Assembly (NCBI GenBank): GCA_964291655.2
Contig: OZ219802.1
Span: forward strand, 1,152,001-1,216,000
Reading direction: 5' to 3'
Length of the DNA: 64,000 nt
Source: Chloroflexota bacterium
Lineage (GTDB): Bacteria; Chloroflexota; UBA11872; VXOZ01
The notes beneath the pieces were generated by a model. That model ran no database searches. It was not told where the DNA came from and saw nothing but the letters and a program-made list of their open reading frames with translations. Made by a program: the position numbers and the translations under genes. Positions within the stretch are counted from its first letter, which is position 1, and each line of letters opens with the position of its first letter. Positions 20,918 through 30,197 of the stretch are shown here, in pieces.

Positions 20918-21393
20918 CTACTCTTGATGCGCCTTGCACTCCGAGGGCAGCAGATGTGCGCGCATGAGCACGGCATGAACATGCCGGTGAAGCTCCCAGA
21001 ACAAGACCCTGACTGCGTCTCGACGGGCAATGAATACAAGGTCCATTCCCGGTCGTATGTGAGGATAGTGCTTGCGCACAGACTCACGCAGCCGCCTCCG
21101 GACACGGTTTCGGGTTACAGCATTGCCAAGACGCTTCGATGTAATGAAACCGCACCGGCTGAGCGAGAGGTGGTTCGGTTGGACTATGAGTCTAACAGTT
21201 TGCGCCGACCTAGTCGCAGCCGTCGATTTCGTCGTAGGCTTCGACCCTGTCGCAGGCGGCGACCACGCCTTGCCCTGGGTCAGGACAAACGTAAAATCAC
21301 GTTGTTTCTTAATCTTCTCCGTTTGGTTCGATCCTCATGCGGAGCCTTCTCGACGGCCCTGCGCTTTAGCGCCTCTCGCCTTCGCGCTTCCAT
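20918..21393 (-). CDS. rnpA: RNase P protein component with an apparent 1-nt frameshift near 21305
   Basis: Manual translation: KQRDF...GFITSKRLGNAVTRNRVRRRLRE...DLVFIAR; located between rpmH and yidD; upstream ATG is out of frame. Confidence 0.82.
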
Positions 21394-21452
21394 TAGGGGA
21401 CACGCGGCAAACGCGTGCGTTACACGAAAAGGAAAGAGAAGGTCAAGCAGGC

Positions 21453-21590
21453 TCAGACGGTAAGCCGTGTGCGATGCTTATCTCGTCTGTGCTTTATGAT
21501 TCGTCGCCCCGCTCGCGTGGACATGCGCGCACGAAACCCGTGCCTGCGCAGCCGTCGCCGCACTTTCGGTTGGTAGGTTCTCTTCGGCAT
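21453..21590 (-). CDS. rpmH: 50S ribosomal protein L34
   Basis: [32 protein letters not shown] (45 aa, manual translation). Confidence 0.95.
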   Translation of the reverse strand: MPKRTYQPKVRRRLRRHGFRARMSTRAGRRIIKHRRDKHRTRLTV

Positions 21591-21839
21591 TCAGAATTAT
21601 CCTTCTTTCCTTTATCTGACTTTACTATAACATTCCGCTGAATCTACGGTCAAAGCACCGCTTGCGGCCCCTCGAAAAGCGGTCGCTCCACTTTTTCACG
21701 GCAGGTTCTTTTCTACCAGTCCACCAAGTTCGCGCAAGACTCGCTCTTGCGAGCAGGCAGAGATTGAGAGTGCGGCGCGAGCGGCAGGCCGACGGCTGCC
21801 GCTGACTTAGTTTTCCAACGTGTAGCGATAGGCGGAAAA

Positions 21840-22175
21840 CTACCCGCTGGTGCGGATAACCAGATACGTTATCGGGAACTCGCCACTGTTGCGCAGACCG
21901 TGGCGCGTGCCCTCCGGCGCAAAGAGCGCAGCCATGGCCTCCATCGGGTGCTCCTCCTCGCCCAAGGTCGCCATGCCGCTGCCGGAGATGAGAAACATGA
22001 TCTCTTCGCCGCCATGCTCGTGTGGTGGATGGGCTGCCTCGCCCGGATTAATGGAAGAGAGGTGGAGTTGCAGGACCTCTGCGCCGGCTTCCTCGCCTAC
22101 AAACGGCAAGGAGAAACCGCGTTCGTGCACGCGTTTGCGCGCTTCGTCCCAAGAAATAACGACCGGCTGTTTCAT
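21840..22175 (-). CDS. Cupin domain protein
   Basis: HPPHEHGGEEIM and PEGTRHGLRN cupin motifs; start uncertain. Confidence 0.85.
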   Translation of the reverse strand: MKQPVVISWDEARKRVHERGFSLPFVGEEAGAEVLQLHLSSINPGEAAHPPHEHGGEEIMFLISGSGMATLGEEEHPMEAMAALFAPEGTRHGLRNSGEFPITYLVIRTSG

Positions 22176-22322
22176 AAGTGTCATCCTTTCAACATGCCTA
22201 CCGTGCGGCGTGGTACTCTCTCTTCCTCCCGCTTGTCGCTCCAACGCGCCCAACTGTCCATTGCGCAGGTTGCACACCTACGCTACCGGAGTACAGTCGC
22301 CCTACCGCGCATCGGGTCCAGC

Positions 22323-23513
22323 TTAACCGCGCGGATAGAATGTATCCACGAGACGGTCTACGTCCGTCGGCTCGCAACCGTACTTCTCCGTGAAGCTCTC
22401 ATGGACTTTCTCTTCATATTGTGTGGTCTCCTGCAGGGGGAATGAAATGGTCGTCCGATCCTTCCCACCAGACTCCAACATCGCGATGTCCATCTCCTGG
22501 TCGAGCCGCGCGGCGCGCGCGCCATACGCGGGCTCGGTGTCTTCCCGCACTGCCGCAGCAATGCTCAGCAGTTCGTCGGCGACTTGCACCTGATTCTCGG
22601 TCAAGGAATACTGCTGGAAGGGACTTTCCCACGTAACGCGCCGGTCGGGGAGCGCCACCTCGAGCCGCTCCAGGATCTCCACACCGTCACGTTCGCTCGT
22701 GACCCGCTGCGGCAAGGCCGGCCTGCTCTGCGCGCCGGTGAGTAATTCATCAGCGGGCACGGCGTGGACCTCGTCACCCACAATAGTGCCGTGCGTTCCG
22801 TCAATTTGCGAGCAGCGAAAGGCACCGCGACCCAGGGAATGCGCATGGATAACGTTGGAGTACGCAGAGAGCGCCGTCACCCCGTTCGCAAAGTCAATGA
22901 TGCCGATGGAGAGTCTTTCGCTCTCGTGGTGACGCAACATGCGGTCGATGATCGGCACCACCGGGCTGGTATGGGAGACACCCATCACCGCCGTGGGGTC
23001 CGCCCCCGCCCAGATGCGGAGGACGCTCATGCCGTGGTAGCCGCCCTCCTCGAAGATGCGATAGATGCGGCTGACCGTGCCGATAGCGCCGGAGTTGATA
23101 ACTTCCTGCATGAGGCGGATGAGCGGCTGGCGGTAGTAATTCTCCGCCACTTCCAGTTTCACCCGGTTTTGTTGTGCCGTCTCGATCATCAAGTCGGCTA
23201 GTGGCAGAGTCCTCGCGATTGGCGTCTCCACGATTTGGTGGATGCCGTGTGTCGACAGAAAGCAACTCAGCGCATGGTGGGCGTCGCCGGGCACCACCAC
23301 GTCGGCAATGTCTAACGATTCGTTCGCTACAAGCTCCCGCGCAGAGGTGTATGCTCTGCAGCCATACCGCGCCGCCACCTCTTGGGCCCGCTCCTCCGTG
23401 GCGTCGCACACGGCCACGAAGTTGAATACGTCATCCAGCGCAGCAAGCACCGGAGCGTGGGCACCTGCACCCCGGCGCCCGGCGCCGACCAGAGCGACAT
23501 TGAGACGTTCCAT
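22323..23513 (-). CDS. Gfo/Idh/MocA family oxidoreductase
   Basis: VALVGAGRRG Rossmann motif, ETPIA, AENY. Confidence 0.88.
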   Translation of the reverse strand: MERLNVALVGAGRRGAGAHAPVLAALDDVFNFVAVCDATEERAQEVAARYGCRAYTSARELVANESLDIADVVVPGDAHHALSCFLSTHGIHQIVETPIARTLPLADLMIETAQQNRVKLEVAENYYRQPLIRLMQEVINSGAIGTVSRIYRIFEEGGYHGMSVLRIWAGADPTAVMGVSHTSPVVPIIDRMLRHHESERLSIGIIDFANGVTALSAYSNVIHAHSLGRGAFRCSQIDGTHGTIVGDEVHAVPADELLTGAQSRPALPQRVTSERDGVEILERLEVALPDRRVTWESPFQQYSLTENQVQVADELLSIAAAVREDTEPAYGARAARLDQEMDIAMLESGGKDRTTISFPLQETTQYEEKVHESFTEKYGCEPTDVDRLVDTFYPRG

Positions 23514-23626
23514 GGCTTCGGCCTCCTTACCCTAAACTAACTGGGAGCTATTCACAGTCTAGTCCGCAACGGTCTCAGGATGAATGCCTGGCATACGTAC
23601 GGTGTCAGTCACGTTACCGTTATTCT

Positions 23627-24706
23627 ATGGTACGCTGGCAAATGTTGAAAGGGACAGAGGAGATGAATATGCGAGAGCCGCTGTATATTGAGGTTACGCG
23701 CGGCGCGCTTGTAGAGAGCGTACATCGTGCCCACGCTGCGGTTGTGGATAACGCCGGAAACCTACTGTACGCCGCTGGTGATCCGGAGCGGGTTACGTTC
23801 TTGCGCTCGTCGGCAAAGCCGATCCAAGCACTCGCCATGGTTGAGAGCGGCGCCGCAGGACGATTTAGTTTCACCGACCGTGAAGTAGCGGTGATGTGCG
23901 CGTCGCACTTTGGCGAGCTGTTTCACGTAGCCGCCGTGCAAAGCATTTTGCAGAAGATTGGCTTGGATGAAGAAGCATTGGCGTGCGGCACGCACGCACC
24001 CACCCACGCGCCGAGCGCGGAGGCGCTGGTCCGCGCGGGCGAGTCTCCCCGGAAGATTCACAATAACTGTTCCGGCAAGCATGCCAGCATGCTCTCGCTC
24101 TGCCGGCACGCCGGGTGGCACATTGAAGGCTATACCGCACCCGACCATCCGGTGCAGGTGCGCCTGCGGACGGTTCTGGCGGAGATGGCCGGGGTTCCCA
24201 CGGAGGATGTTTACGTTGCCGTAGACGGCTGCAATGCGCCGGTATTTGCCATTCCGCTCCGCAACATCGGCCGCGCATTCGCTCAGTTAGCACAGCCTGC
24301 CGCCGTCTCGCCTACCCGGGAGGCCGCGATCCAACGAATATCGCAAGCAATGCGGGCTCATCCGGAAATGGTGTCCGGCACGAATGGCTTTACCACGGAC
24401 CTCATGCGCGTGGCGGGTGACAACGTGATGTCAAAGAGTGGCGCCGAAGGGCTCTTCTGCGCAGGCGCCCTGTCCCAAGGCTGGGGCGTCGCGGTCAAGA
24501 TTGAAGACGGGGATGCTCGCGCCCACCCGGTGCTGGTGCCCGAACTCCTCGCTGCACTGCACGTCATTAACTCGGATCAACGCGATCGACTGCGCGAACT
24601 GCACGCTCCGGGCGTCCTTAATACCGCTGGGGTCACGGTGGGAGCAATACGGCCGCGCTTCACGCCAACGGGCGAAATATTGTCCAAAGTAGCAATGCCC
24701 AGGTAA
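23627..24706 (+). CDS. L-asparaginase II (Rhizobium AnsA-type) family
   Basis: RSSAKPIQA, ASH, NNCSGKH, DGC, KSGAEG, KIEDG. Confidence 0.9.
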   Translation: MVRWQMLKGTEEMNMREPLYIEVTRGALVESVHRAHAAVVDNAGNLLYAAGDPERVTFLRSSAKPIQALAMVESGAAGRFSFTDREVAVMCASHFGELFHVAAVQSILQKIGLDEEALACGTHAPTHAPSAEALVRAGESPRKIHNNCSGKHASMLSLCRHAGWHIEGYTAPDHPVQVRLRTVLAEMAGVPTEDVYVAVDGCNAPVFAIPLRNIGRAFAQLAQPAAVSPTREAAIQRISQAMRAHPEMVSGTNGFTTDLMRVAGDNVMSKSGAEGLFCAGALSQGWGVAVKIEDGDARAHPVLVPELLAALHVINSDQRDRLRELHAPGVLNTAGVTVGAIRPRFTPTGEILSKVAMPR

Positions 24707-25415
24707 TTGCGCCGACCGTTCCGTATTCGAGAACTACCGCCATGCCCATTCTCTTGGCGCGGTACGCGCGGGCCAAGCCAAGCACCACGTGGACGTGCAG
24801 CAAGAGCGCCAGCGCCTCTTGGAACGTCGGCAGCGGCCAAAAGTTCAGCGCCCACGTGATCTCGCCCACGATCAGAGCCGTCAACAAGCTGTATGTTTGA
24901 ATTGCGGCCCGGGGCATACGTTCGCGAAACAGTATAGACATGCTCCCAGCGTGCGCGGCGATGGCGGCAAGCGCCGCATGCAAGACGATATTGATATGCC
25001 ACGTATCGAGTGTGACAAAGAGCATGGCAATCGCGACGTAAACGGTCGCTTGGTTGGGCCATGTGATTGAGCGCCTCGCACTGTAATAGCGACTCTGGTG
25101 GTAGTCCATGATCGCCAGGAAAAAGAGAACGCCGAACAGGGCGCTGCCGATGAGAGTTGCGCGTTCGTCGGGGATCGTGCGCCAGAACAGCGCGCTTGCC
25201 AAGGTGAGCAAGAGCGGCGCTAACATCCACGCCGACTCTTCACGCCGGGCTCCCACGATTTGTCGTAATGCGGCAAGCACGACACCGAGCAGGACGAACA
25301 CGGCAACGATCAGCAGCGGCATGGTCGCGCGCGACGTGAGCAGTACGCCAACGGTAGCAATCGCGCTCAATACGATGAGCCGGTCGAAGAGGAGCCGCTG
25401 ATACCAATTCTGCAC
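24660..25415 (-). CDS. Multi-pass membrane protein of unknown function
   Basis: 251-aa hydrophobic ORF with GEITWALNFWP; overlaps the convergent gene by 47 bp. Confidence 0.75.
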   Translation of the reverse strand: MQNWYQRLLFDRLIVLSAIATVGVLLTSRATMPLLIVAVFVLLGVVLAALRQIVGARREESAWMLAPLLLTLASALFWRTIPDERATLIGSALFGVLFFLAIMDYHQSRYYSARRSITWPNQATVYVAIAMLFVTLDTWHINIVLHAALAAIAAHAGSMSILFRERMPRAAIQTYSLLTALIVGEITWALNFWPLPTFQEALALLLHVHVVLGLARAYRAKRMGMAVVLEYGTVGAITWALLLWTIFRPLA

Positions 25416-25861
25416 GTTGTTTGTCTACTCCCTAGGAAGACCTTTGCATAGCCCATGCCGAGGCGGGCAAAACCCCTCTTCCGGCTGAGACCCATGCGTA
25501 ACTCTTGCCAAGGCGGGAAGGTACCCTCTCCCGGTGGAAGAGGCCAAGAGCCTGCCCCGTATTCGTTACAGCGTATCGACACGTTACGGGGGTGAGGGGA
25601 AGCACCCGCAAGCCGGGCGCCTTCTTGCCGATGTTGCTCATCTATGTATGGATCCTATAGGTAAGAGGGACGGAATAAGCAAAACTCCCCTAATTCCGGC
25701 CCGCTCTCCAGAGAGAGGGAGCAGTTCTTGCACCTCCGGCCCAAGGTACGCACAGGTCGCTTAGAGGCAGGATAGCACGTCTTAGCTTTTGACTTGGTGC
25801 ACTTCCAAGACTATACTTTAGGTGAATGAGAAGTGGGAGAATTCCCTTCTTATCTGTAGAC

Positions 25862-25936
25862 GGCGACGTAGCCAAGTGGTAAGGCGAGGGTCTGCAAAAC
25901 CCTTATACAGCGGTTCGATTCCGCTCGTCGCCTCCA
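25862..25936 (+). tRNA. tRNA-Cys(GCA)
   Basis: GGCGACG/CGTCGCC acceptor stem, anticodon loop CTGCAAA, GGTTCGATTCC, U discriminator, encoded CCA. Confidence 0.96.
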
Positions 25937-25975
25937 GCGGTCTTGCCATTGCAGCCACAGTAAGCAATTTGCTCG

Positions 25976-26001
25976 AAAAGCGCCCGGCGAGGCGCCTTTT
26001 C
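25976..26001. terminator. Hairpin terminator candidate after the tRNA
   Basis: GAAAAGCGCC...GGCGCCTTTTC. Confidence 0.55.
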
Positions 26002-26259
26002 ATTTAACGCTGATTGCCGATACAGGCGCACTGTTGACGTCGCTTCGCGATCGGCAACAGCAGAATTGGATGGAAGATAACTCTCCGTGCCAACCGCAGG
26101 TACCCAGTCTGTGGCTGCTTCTGCTATTCGCGCTGTGCCCTGGTCTTTCCACCCTTCCGGTCTTAAACGGACTCCACCTGAAGCCGTGTCCGACAGAACG
26201 CCCCGCCTGAACGGCTCAACTTGAGGAATCTGCGCGCCGGCTGGCAAGCGATCGTAATC

Positions 26260-27048
26260 CTACACGAGGAATGATCGCAGCACGTGGCGGAAGGCGACCT
26301 GCTGCTGGCGAATACGGTCGGTCAGGGGTTGTAGGCCCGGCGTTTCAAATCCCACCACGCGCCGAATGATCCCGTGCCGCAGAAGTGTCGGCTCGAGGGC
26401 GCCGGAACGGCTGACGCGCACGGAACCGGGGTTAGACACGACGAGGCCGCTGCGATTGTAGTTGCCGTCCACGTGGTCGCCCCTGCAGACGGCGTATCCG
26501 TGGGACTCGAGGGTATCCAGCAGCGCGACGTCATCAGCGACAATCCGCGCAAAGAGAGTGCGCTCCCGCATGCCGCTTTCATACATGTAGAAGCACTGGG
26601 AGGTCACATCTTCGTGCAGCGAGACGAGCAGCTCCGCTCGGTGCTGTAGGAGATAATTCAGGACGATCTTGTTCTCGGGCTGGGCAGTGGGACGCTCGAA
26701 GTGGCGGTTGAGGTCTATGACGCCGTTGCCGCGAATGCCGCGCGCATAGCCGATTGGATTTATGAGAGGCAAGAAGATGAAGCGGATGTGCTGAGCCGCG
26801 GCATGGTTAGCCTCATCCTCCCAGAACTGAAGCAGAGCGAGCGGCCCGGCAATCTCATCGCCGTGCGTGCCGGCGAGGACAATGGCGCTACGTTCGCCAT
26901 CGCCTACCGCTCCGGCATAAATCGGGAAACGAATGCCAAATCGCTCTACCGCGCCTATTTCGGTGAATGAAAACTGGGGGAACCGGGCAGCGAGCGCCTG
27001 GTACCGGTGGATAAGCTCCCATACACGGTTTGGATCGCGGCGGGGCAT
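26260..27048 (-). CDS. M14-type zinc carboxypeptidase / succinylglutamate desuccinylase family
   Basis: AGTHGDE, INPIG, DLNRHF, SLHED, FETP. Confidence 0.85.
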   Translation of the reverse strand: MPRRDPNRVWELIHRYQALAARFPQFSFTEIGAVERFGIRFPIYAGAVGDGERSAIVLAGTHGDEIAGPLALLQFWEDEANHAAAQHIRFIFLPLINPIGYARGIRGNGVIDLNRHFERPTAQPENKIVLNYLLQHRAELLVSLHEDVTSQCFYMYESGMRERTLFARIVADDVALLDTLESHGYAVCRGDHVDGNYNRSGLVVSNPGSVRVSRSGALEPTLLRHGIIRRVVGFETPGLQPLTDRIRQQQVAFRHVLRSFLV

Positions 27049-27051
27049 AGC

Positions 27052-27660
27052 TTAGGCGTTATCCTGACGCCCTTGCAAGGCGCTTGCTATGGTCTCCTCG
27101 TCGGCGTATTCGAGGTCTGCGCCGGTCGGCAAGCCCCGCGCCAGCCGCGTAACGCGCGTGGCGAACGTCGCGGAAACCTGAGCCACGTAGCTAGCCGTCG
27201 TGTCACCTTCGTGGTCGGCGTCCATGGCGAGAATCAATTCCTCTACCGGTTGCGCTTGCAACCGCTGGACGAGTTCAGCGATTCTCACGTCTTCCACGTT
27301 ACGGCCTTCCAACGGCGACAAGGAGCCGTGCAGAACGTGATAGAGACCGGCGTAGAGGCCGGTTCGCTCGATTGCCAGGAGGTCCAGCGGCTCTTCGACG
27401 ACGCAGATGCGACTCCGGTCGCGGTCCGGATCCTGACAAATAGGACAGGGATCGTGCTCACTGAGATTGAAACAACGCGAGCACCATACCGTCTGGGCGC
27501 CCATATTCTCGAGGGCTGTCGCGAGGTTGCGGGCGAGATCCGGAGATGAGCGGAGCAAGTAAAACGCCAGTCGTTGTGCTGTACGAGGGCCGATGCCGGG
27601 CAGCCGGGATAGCTCTTCGATGAGCCGAGCTACGGGCGCGGGGAGGCTCATCCGGGCCAT
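27052..27660 (-). CDS. recR: Recombination mediator RecR
   Basis: LPGIGPRTAQRLA, C4 zinc finger, YHVLHG, Toprim. Confidence 0.95.
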   Translation of the reverse strand: MARMSLPAPVARLIEELSRLPGIGPRTAQRLAFYLLRSSPDLARNLATALENMGAQTVWCSRCFNLSEHDPCPICQDPDRDRSRICVVEEPLDLLAIERTGLYAGLYHVLHGSLSPLEGRNVEDVRIAELVQRLQAQPVEELILAMDADHEGDTTASYVAQVSATFATRVTRLARGLPTGADLEYADEETIASALQGRQDNA

Positions 27661-27697
27661 CGCTACGCTGTCTCCTTAGATTGAGAATACGGTGGCG

Positions 27698-28024
27698 CTA
27701 CGTCAGACCGGGAATATTCATGCCGCCTGTAACGGCGGAAAGACGGCGGCCCGCAAGCTCCTGCGATTTGCCCACGGCATCATTGACAGCGGCGACGAGC
27801 AAGTCCTGCAACATGGCAACGCCCTCTTCGTCTACCTCACCCTCCGGGGTGACGGTGGACTCCAGGACGTCGGGTAGGATTTCGATGGCATGCACTTTCT
27901 GATGGCCGGTCATTACGACCTTGACCGCTCCGCCACCGGCGGTGCTTTCCACCAACTCTCTTTCCAATTCTTCCTGGATTTTCGTCATCTTTTGCTGCAT
28001 CTGCCGCAGCATCTTCATCGACAT
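27698..28024 (-). CDS. ybaB: YbaB/EbfC nucleoid-associated protein
   Basis: AGGGAVKV, LQDLLVAAVNDA; next to recR. Confidence 0.93.
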   Translation of the reverse strand: MSMKMLRQMQQKMTKIQEELERELVESTAGGGAVKVVMTGHQKVHAIEILPDVLESTVTPEGEVDEEGVAMLQDLLVAAVNDAVGKSQELAGRRLSAVTGGMNIPGLT

Positions 28025-28212
28025 GCGCAGTTCTCCTCAATGGTGGCTGTGTATTCACAGCATACCAGATGGGCAGCAGGACGAATAGGCACGAAACTGT
28101 TCTTTACTTTTCCGTCTGACAATGCCTATAATGGTGCCAGGCCACAATACGTGTGTGGGCATGATGTGTCTTTGCCAAAAAGAGTAAAACGTGAAGAGGG
28201 TGAAGGTAACCA

Positions 28213-29397
28213 GTGCAAGAATCACCAACGACAGAAGTTCCAATGACGATGGAGTCCTTGCTGAGCGAGATTGAGAGTTCAATTCGCACAGTGCGGCGCG
28301 GCGACGTGGTTGAAGGCGTTGTCGTGCAGTCTGCCTCTGATGAGATCATGGTGGACATCGGTCTCAAGGCAGAAGGAATTGTCTCCGGCAGGGAACTCGC
28401 GCGCATGGATGAAGCGCTCGACATAAGCGTGGGTGAGAAAGTGCTGGTGTACGTAGTAAACCCTGAAACCGCTGAAGGTCATGCGTTGCTTTCCATCCGA
28501 CGCGCGATGGCAGAACGTGCCTGGCGGGAGATCGAAGAGCGATACAACAACGGCGAAATCCTGGAAACCTCCGTTATCGACGCCAACAAAGGCGGCGTAA
28601 TCGTAGACATCGGGTTGCGCGGTTTCGTGCCCAGTTCCCAGCTTGTTTCGTTGGAACGGCCGCCGAACCGGGATGCGAGTGAGGAAGACCTCTTGGCGCG
28701 CCTCTCGGAGCTTATCGGACGGGAACTAAAGCTCAAGATCATCGAAGTGGACCGGCGCCGAAACCGGCTGATTCTCTCCGAACGCCTGGCGGAACGTGAG
28801 ATGCGCGCGCAACAGCGCGAGCAGTTGCTTAAAGAACTCGAAGTAGGCCAGACACGCGAGGGTGTGGTGAGCAACCTTTGCAGCTTTGGCGCGTTCGTAG
28901 ACTTGGGCGGCGCCGACGGCCTGGTGCACATTTCTGAGATTTCCTGGAGCCGCGTGGAGGACCCAAGTGAGGTGCTGGGCGTCGGCGAGCGCGTAAATGT
29001 CAGCGTACTCAGCCTGGACCATGAAAGTAAGAAGATCGGCCTCTCCATTAAGCGCACGGAAAAAGACCCCTGGGAAGGCATTGAGGCACGGTATCCCGTA
29101 GGCAGAGAAGTGCCTGGCATCATCATAAAGATTGCACCCTTTGGCGCATTCGTGCGTGTTGAAGACGGTATCGAAGGACTGGCACACAATTCCGAAATGA
29201 CGCCGGAAGGGCGAGACCTCTTGCAGGAAGGCTATGAACTCACATTCCGGGTACTGAGTGCCGATCCGCAACGTCATCGCATGCGCCTATCACCCATAGA
29301 CCTGGAAGAGAAGCTTGGGCACTTGATGGATGAGGCCGACGACGAGGAACCTGAGCACACCGAATTAGAGCCTGAATCCGAAGCACAGGACGACTAA
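28213..29397 (+). CDS. rpsA: Ribosomal protein S1 (short, four S1 domains)
   Basis: RGFVPSSQL, FGAFVDLGGADGLVHISEISW, FGAFVRVEDGIEGL. Confidence 0.85.
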   Translation: MQESPTTEVPMTMESLLSEIESSIRTVRRGDVVEGVVVQSASDEIMVDIGLKAEGIVSGRELARMDEALDISVGEKVLVYVVNPETAEGHALLSIRRAMAERAWREIEERYNNGEILETSVIDANKGGVIVDIGLRGFVPSSQLVSLERPPNRDASEEDLLARLSELIGRELKLKIIEVDRRRNRLILSERLAEREMRAQQREQLLKELEVGQTREGVVSNLCSFGAFVDLGGADGLVHISEISWSRVEDPSEVLGVGERVNVSVLSLDHESKKIGLSIKRTEKDPWEGIEARYPVGREVPGIIIKIAPFGAFVRVEDGIEGLAHNSEMTPEGRDLLQEGYELTFRVLSADPQRHRMRLSPIDLEEKLGHLMDEADDEEPEHTELEPESEAQDD

Positions 29398-29516
29398 GCA
29401 AGAAAGAGAAAGAGTCGATCAAGCATATTACTGCCGCTGTTCCCATGTGATGTGGCAAGTACGGCGGGGCCGGCTTCTACGAAGAAGACTGCGACAATTG
29501 AGCCAGGAGTATTGTC

Positions 29517-30197
29517 GTGAGTCCTATGTTCGACAAATTTACGATTCGGGCGAAGCGGGTTCTCATGTTTGCGCACGACGAGTCTCGCCGCCTTAATCAC
29601 GACTATATTGGTACCGAGCACTTGCTCCTTGGCTTGGTGCGTGTCAAGAAAGGGAGCGCCGCGAAGGTGTTGGCCGGCATGGGGGTGGATCACGCCAAAG
29701 TGCGCGATGCGGTAAAGGCAGTTACGGAACGGGGAACACATAGCGTTGTTGGCGACATAAGCCTCTCAAATCGCGCCAAGAAGGTAATTGAACATGCCGC
29801 CGAAGAATCACACCTGATGGGACACGACTATATCGGCTCCGAGCATTTTCTCTTGGGTCTCGCGCGCGACACCAACAGCACAGGCGCAAGGCTCCTAAGC
29901 GACATGGGAGTGGGGCCGGACAAGATCCGCGGCGCCGTGGAGTTTGCCGCCGAACGTGGGAAGCAGATCAAAGCATCCAATCTCAGCTTTACTCCGGGCG
30001 CAAGCAGAGCACTTGGGTTAGCGGCAGAAGAGGCGCGCCGGTTAGGGCATAGCGAAGTTGGCACCGGGCACCTGCTCCTTGGTCTTGCAAGCGAAGGTGA
30101 AGGGCTCGCGGCGGGTGAATTGCAGGGCCTCGGTGTGGACCTGCAAAGGGTGCGCCGACAGGTTAGACAAGCGGTCAGCCAAGGAGAAGCCTCGTGA
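29517..30197 (+). CDS. Stand-alone Clp N-terminal-domain protein (three Clp_N repeats)
   Basis: Three H-x-x-[IV]G-x-x-H-x-LLGL repeats, no ATPase; GTGA overlap with clpC. Confidence 0.85.
   Translation: MSPMFDKFTIRAKRVLMFAHDESRRLNHDYIGTEHLLLGLVRVKKGSAAKVLAGMGVDHAKVRDAVKAVTERGTHSVVGDISLSNRAKKVIEHAAEESHLMGHDYIGSEHFLLGLARDTNSTGARLLSDMGVGPDKIRGAVEFAAERGKQIKASNLSFTPGASRALGLAAEEARRLGHSEVGTGHLLLGLASEGEGLAAGELQGLGVDLQRVRRQVRQAVSQGEAS

Noticed and set aside
21591-21839. oriC next to rpmH
   Set aside because: No dnaA adjacent and no cluster of TTATCCACA-like boxes seen
25862-25936. tRNA-Cys as an island integration site
   Set aside because: No integrase and no duplicated tRNA 3' end seen in the window
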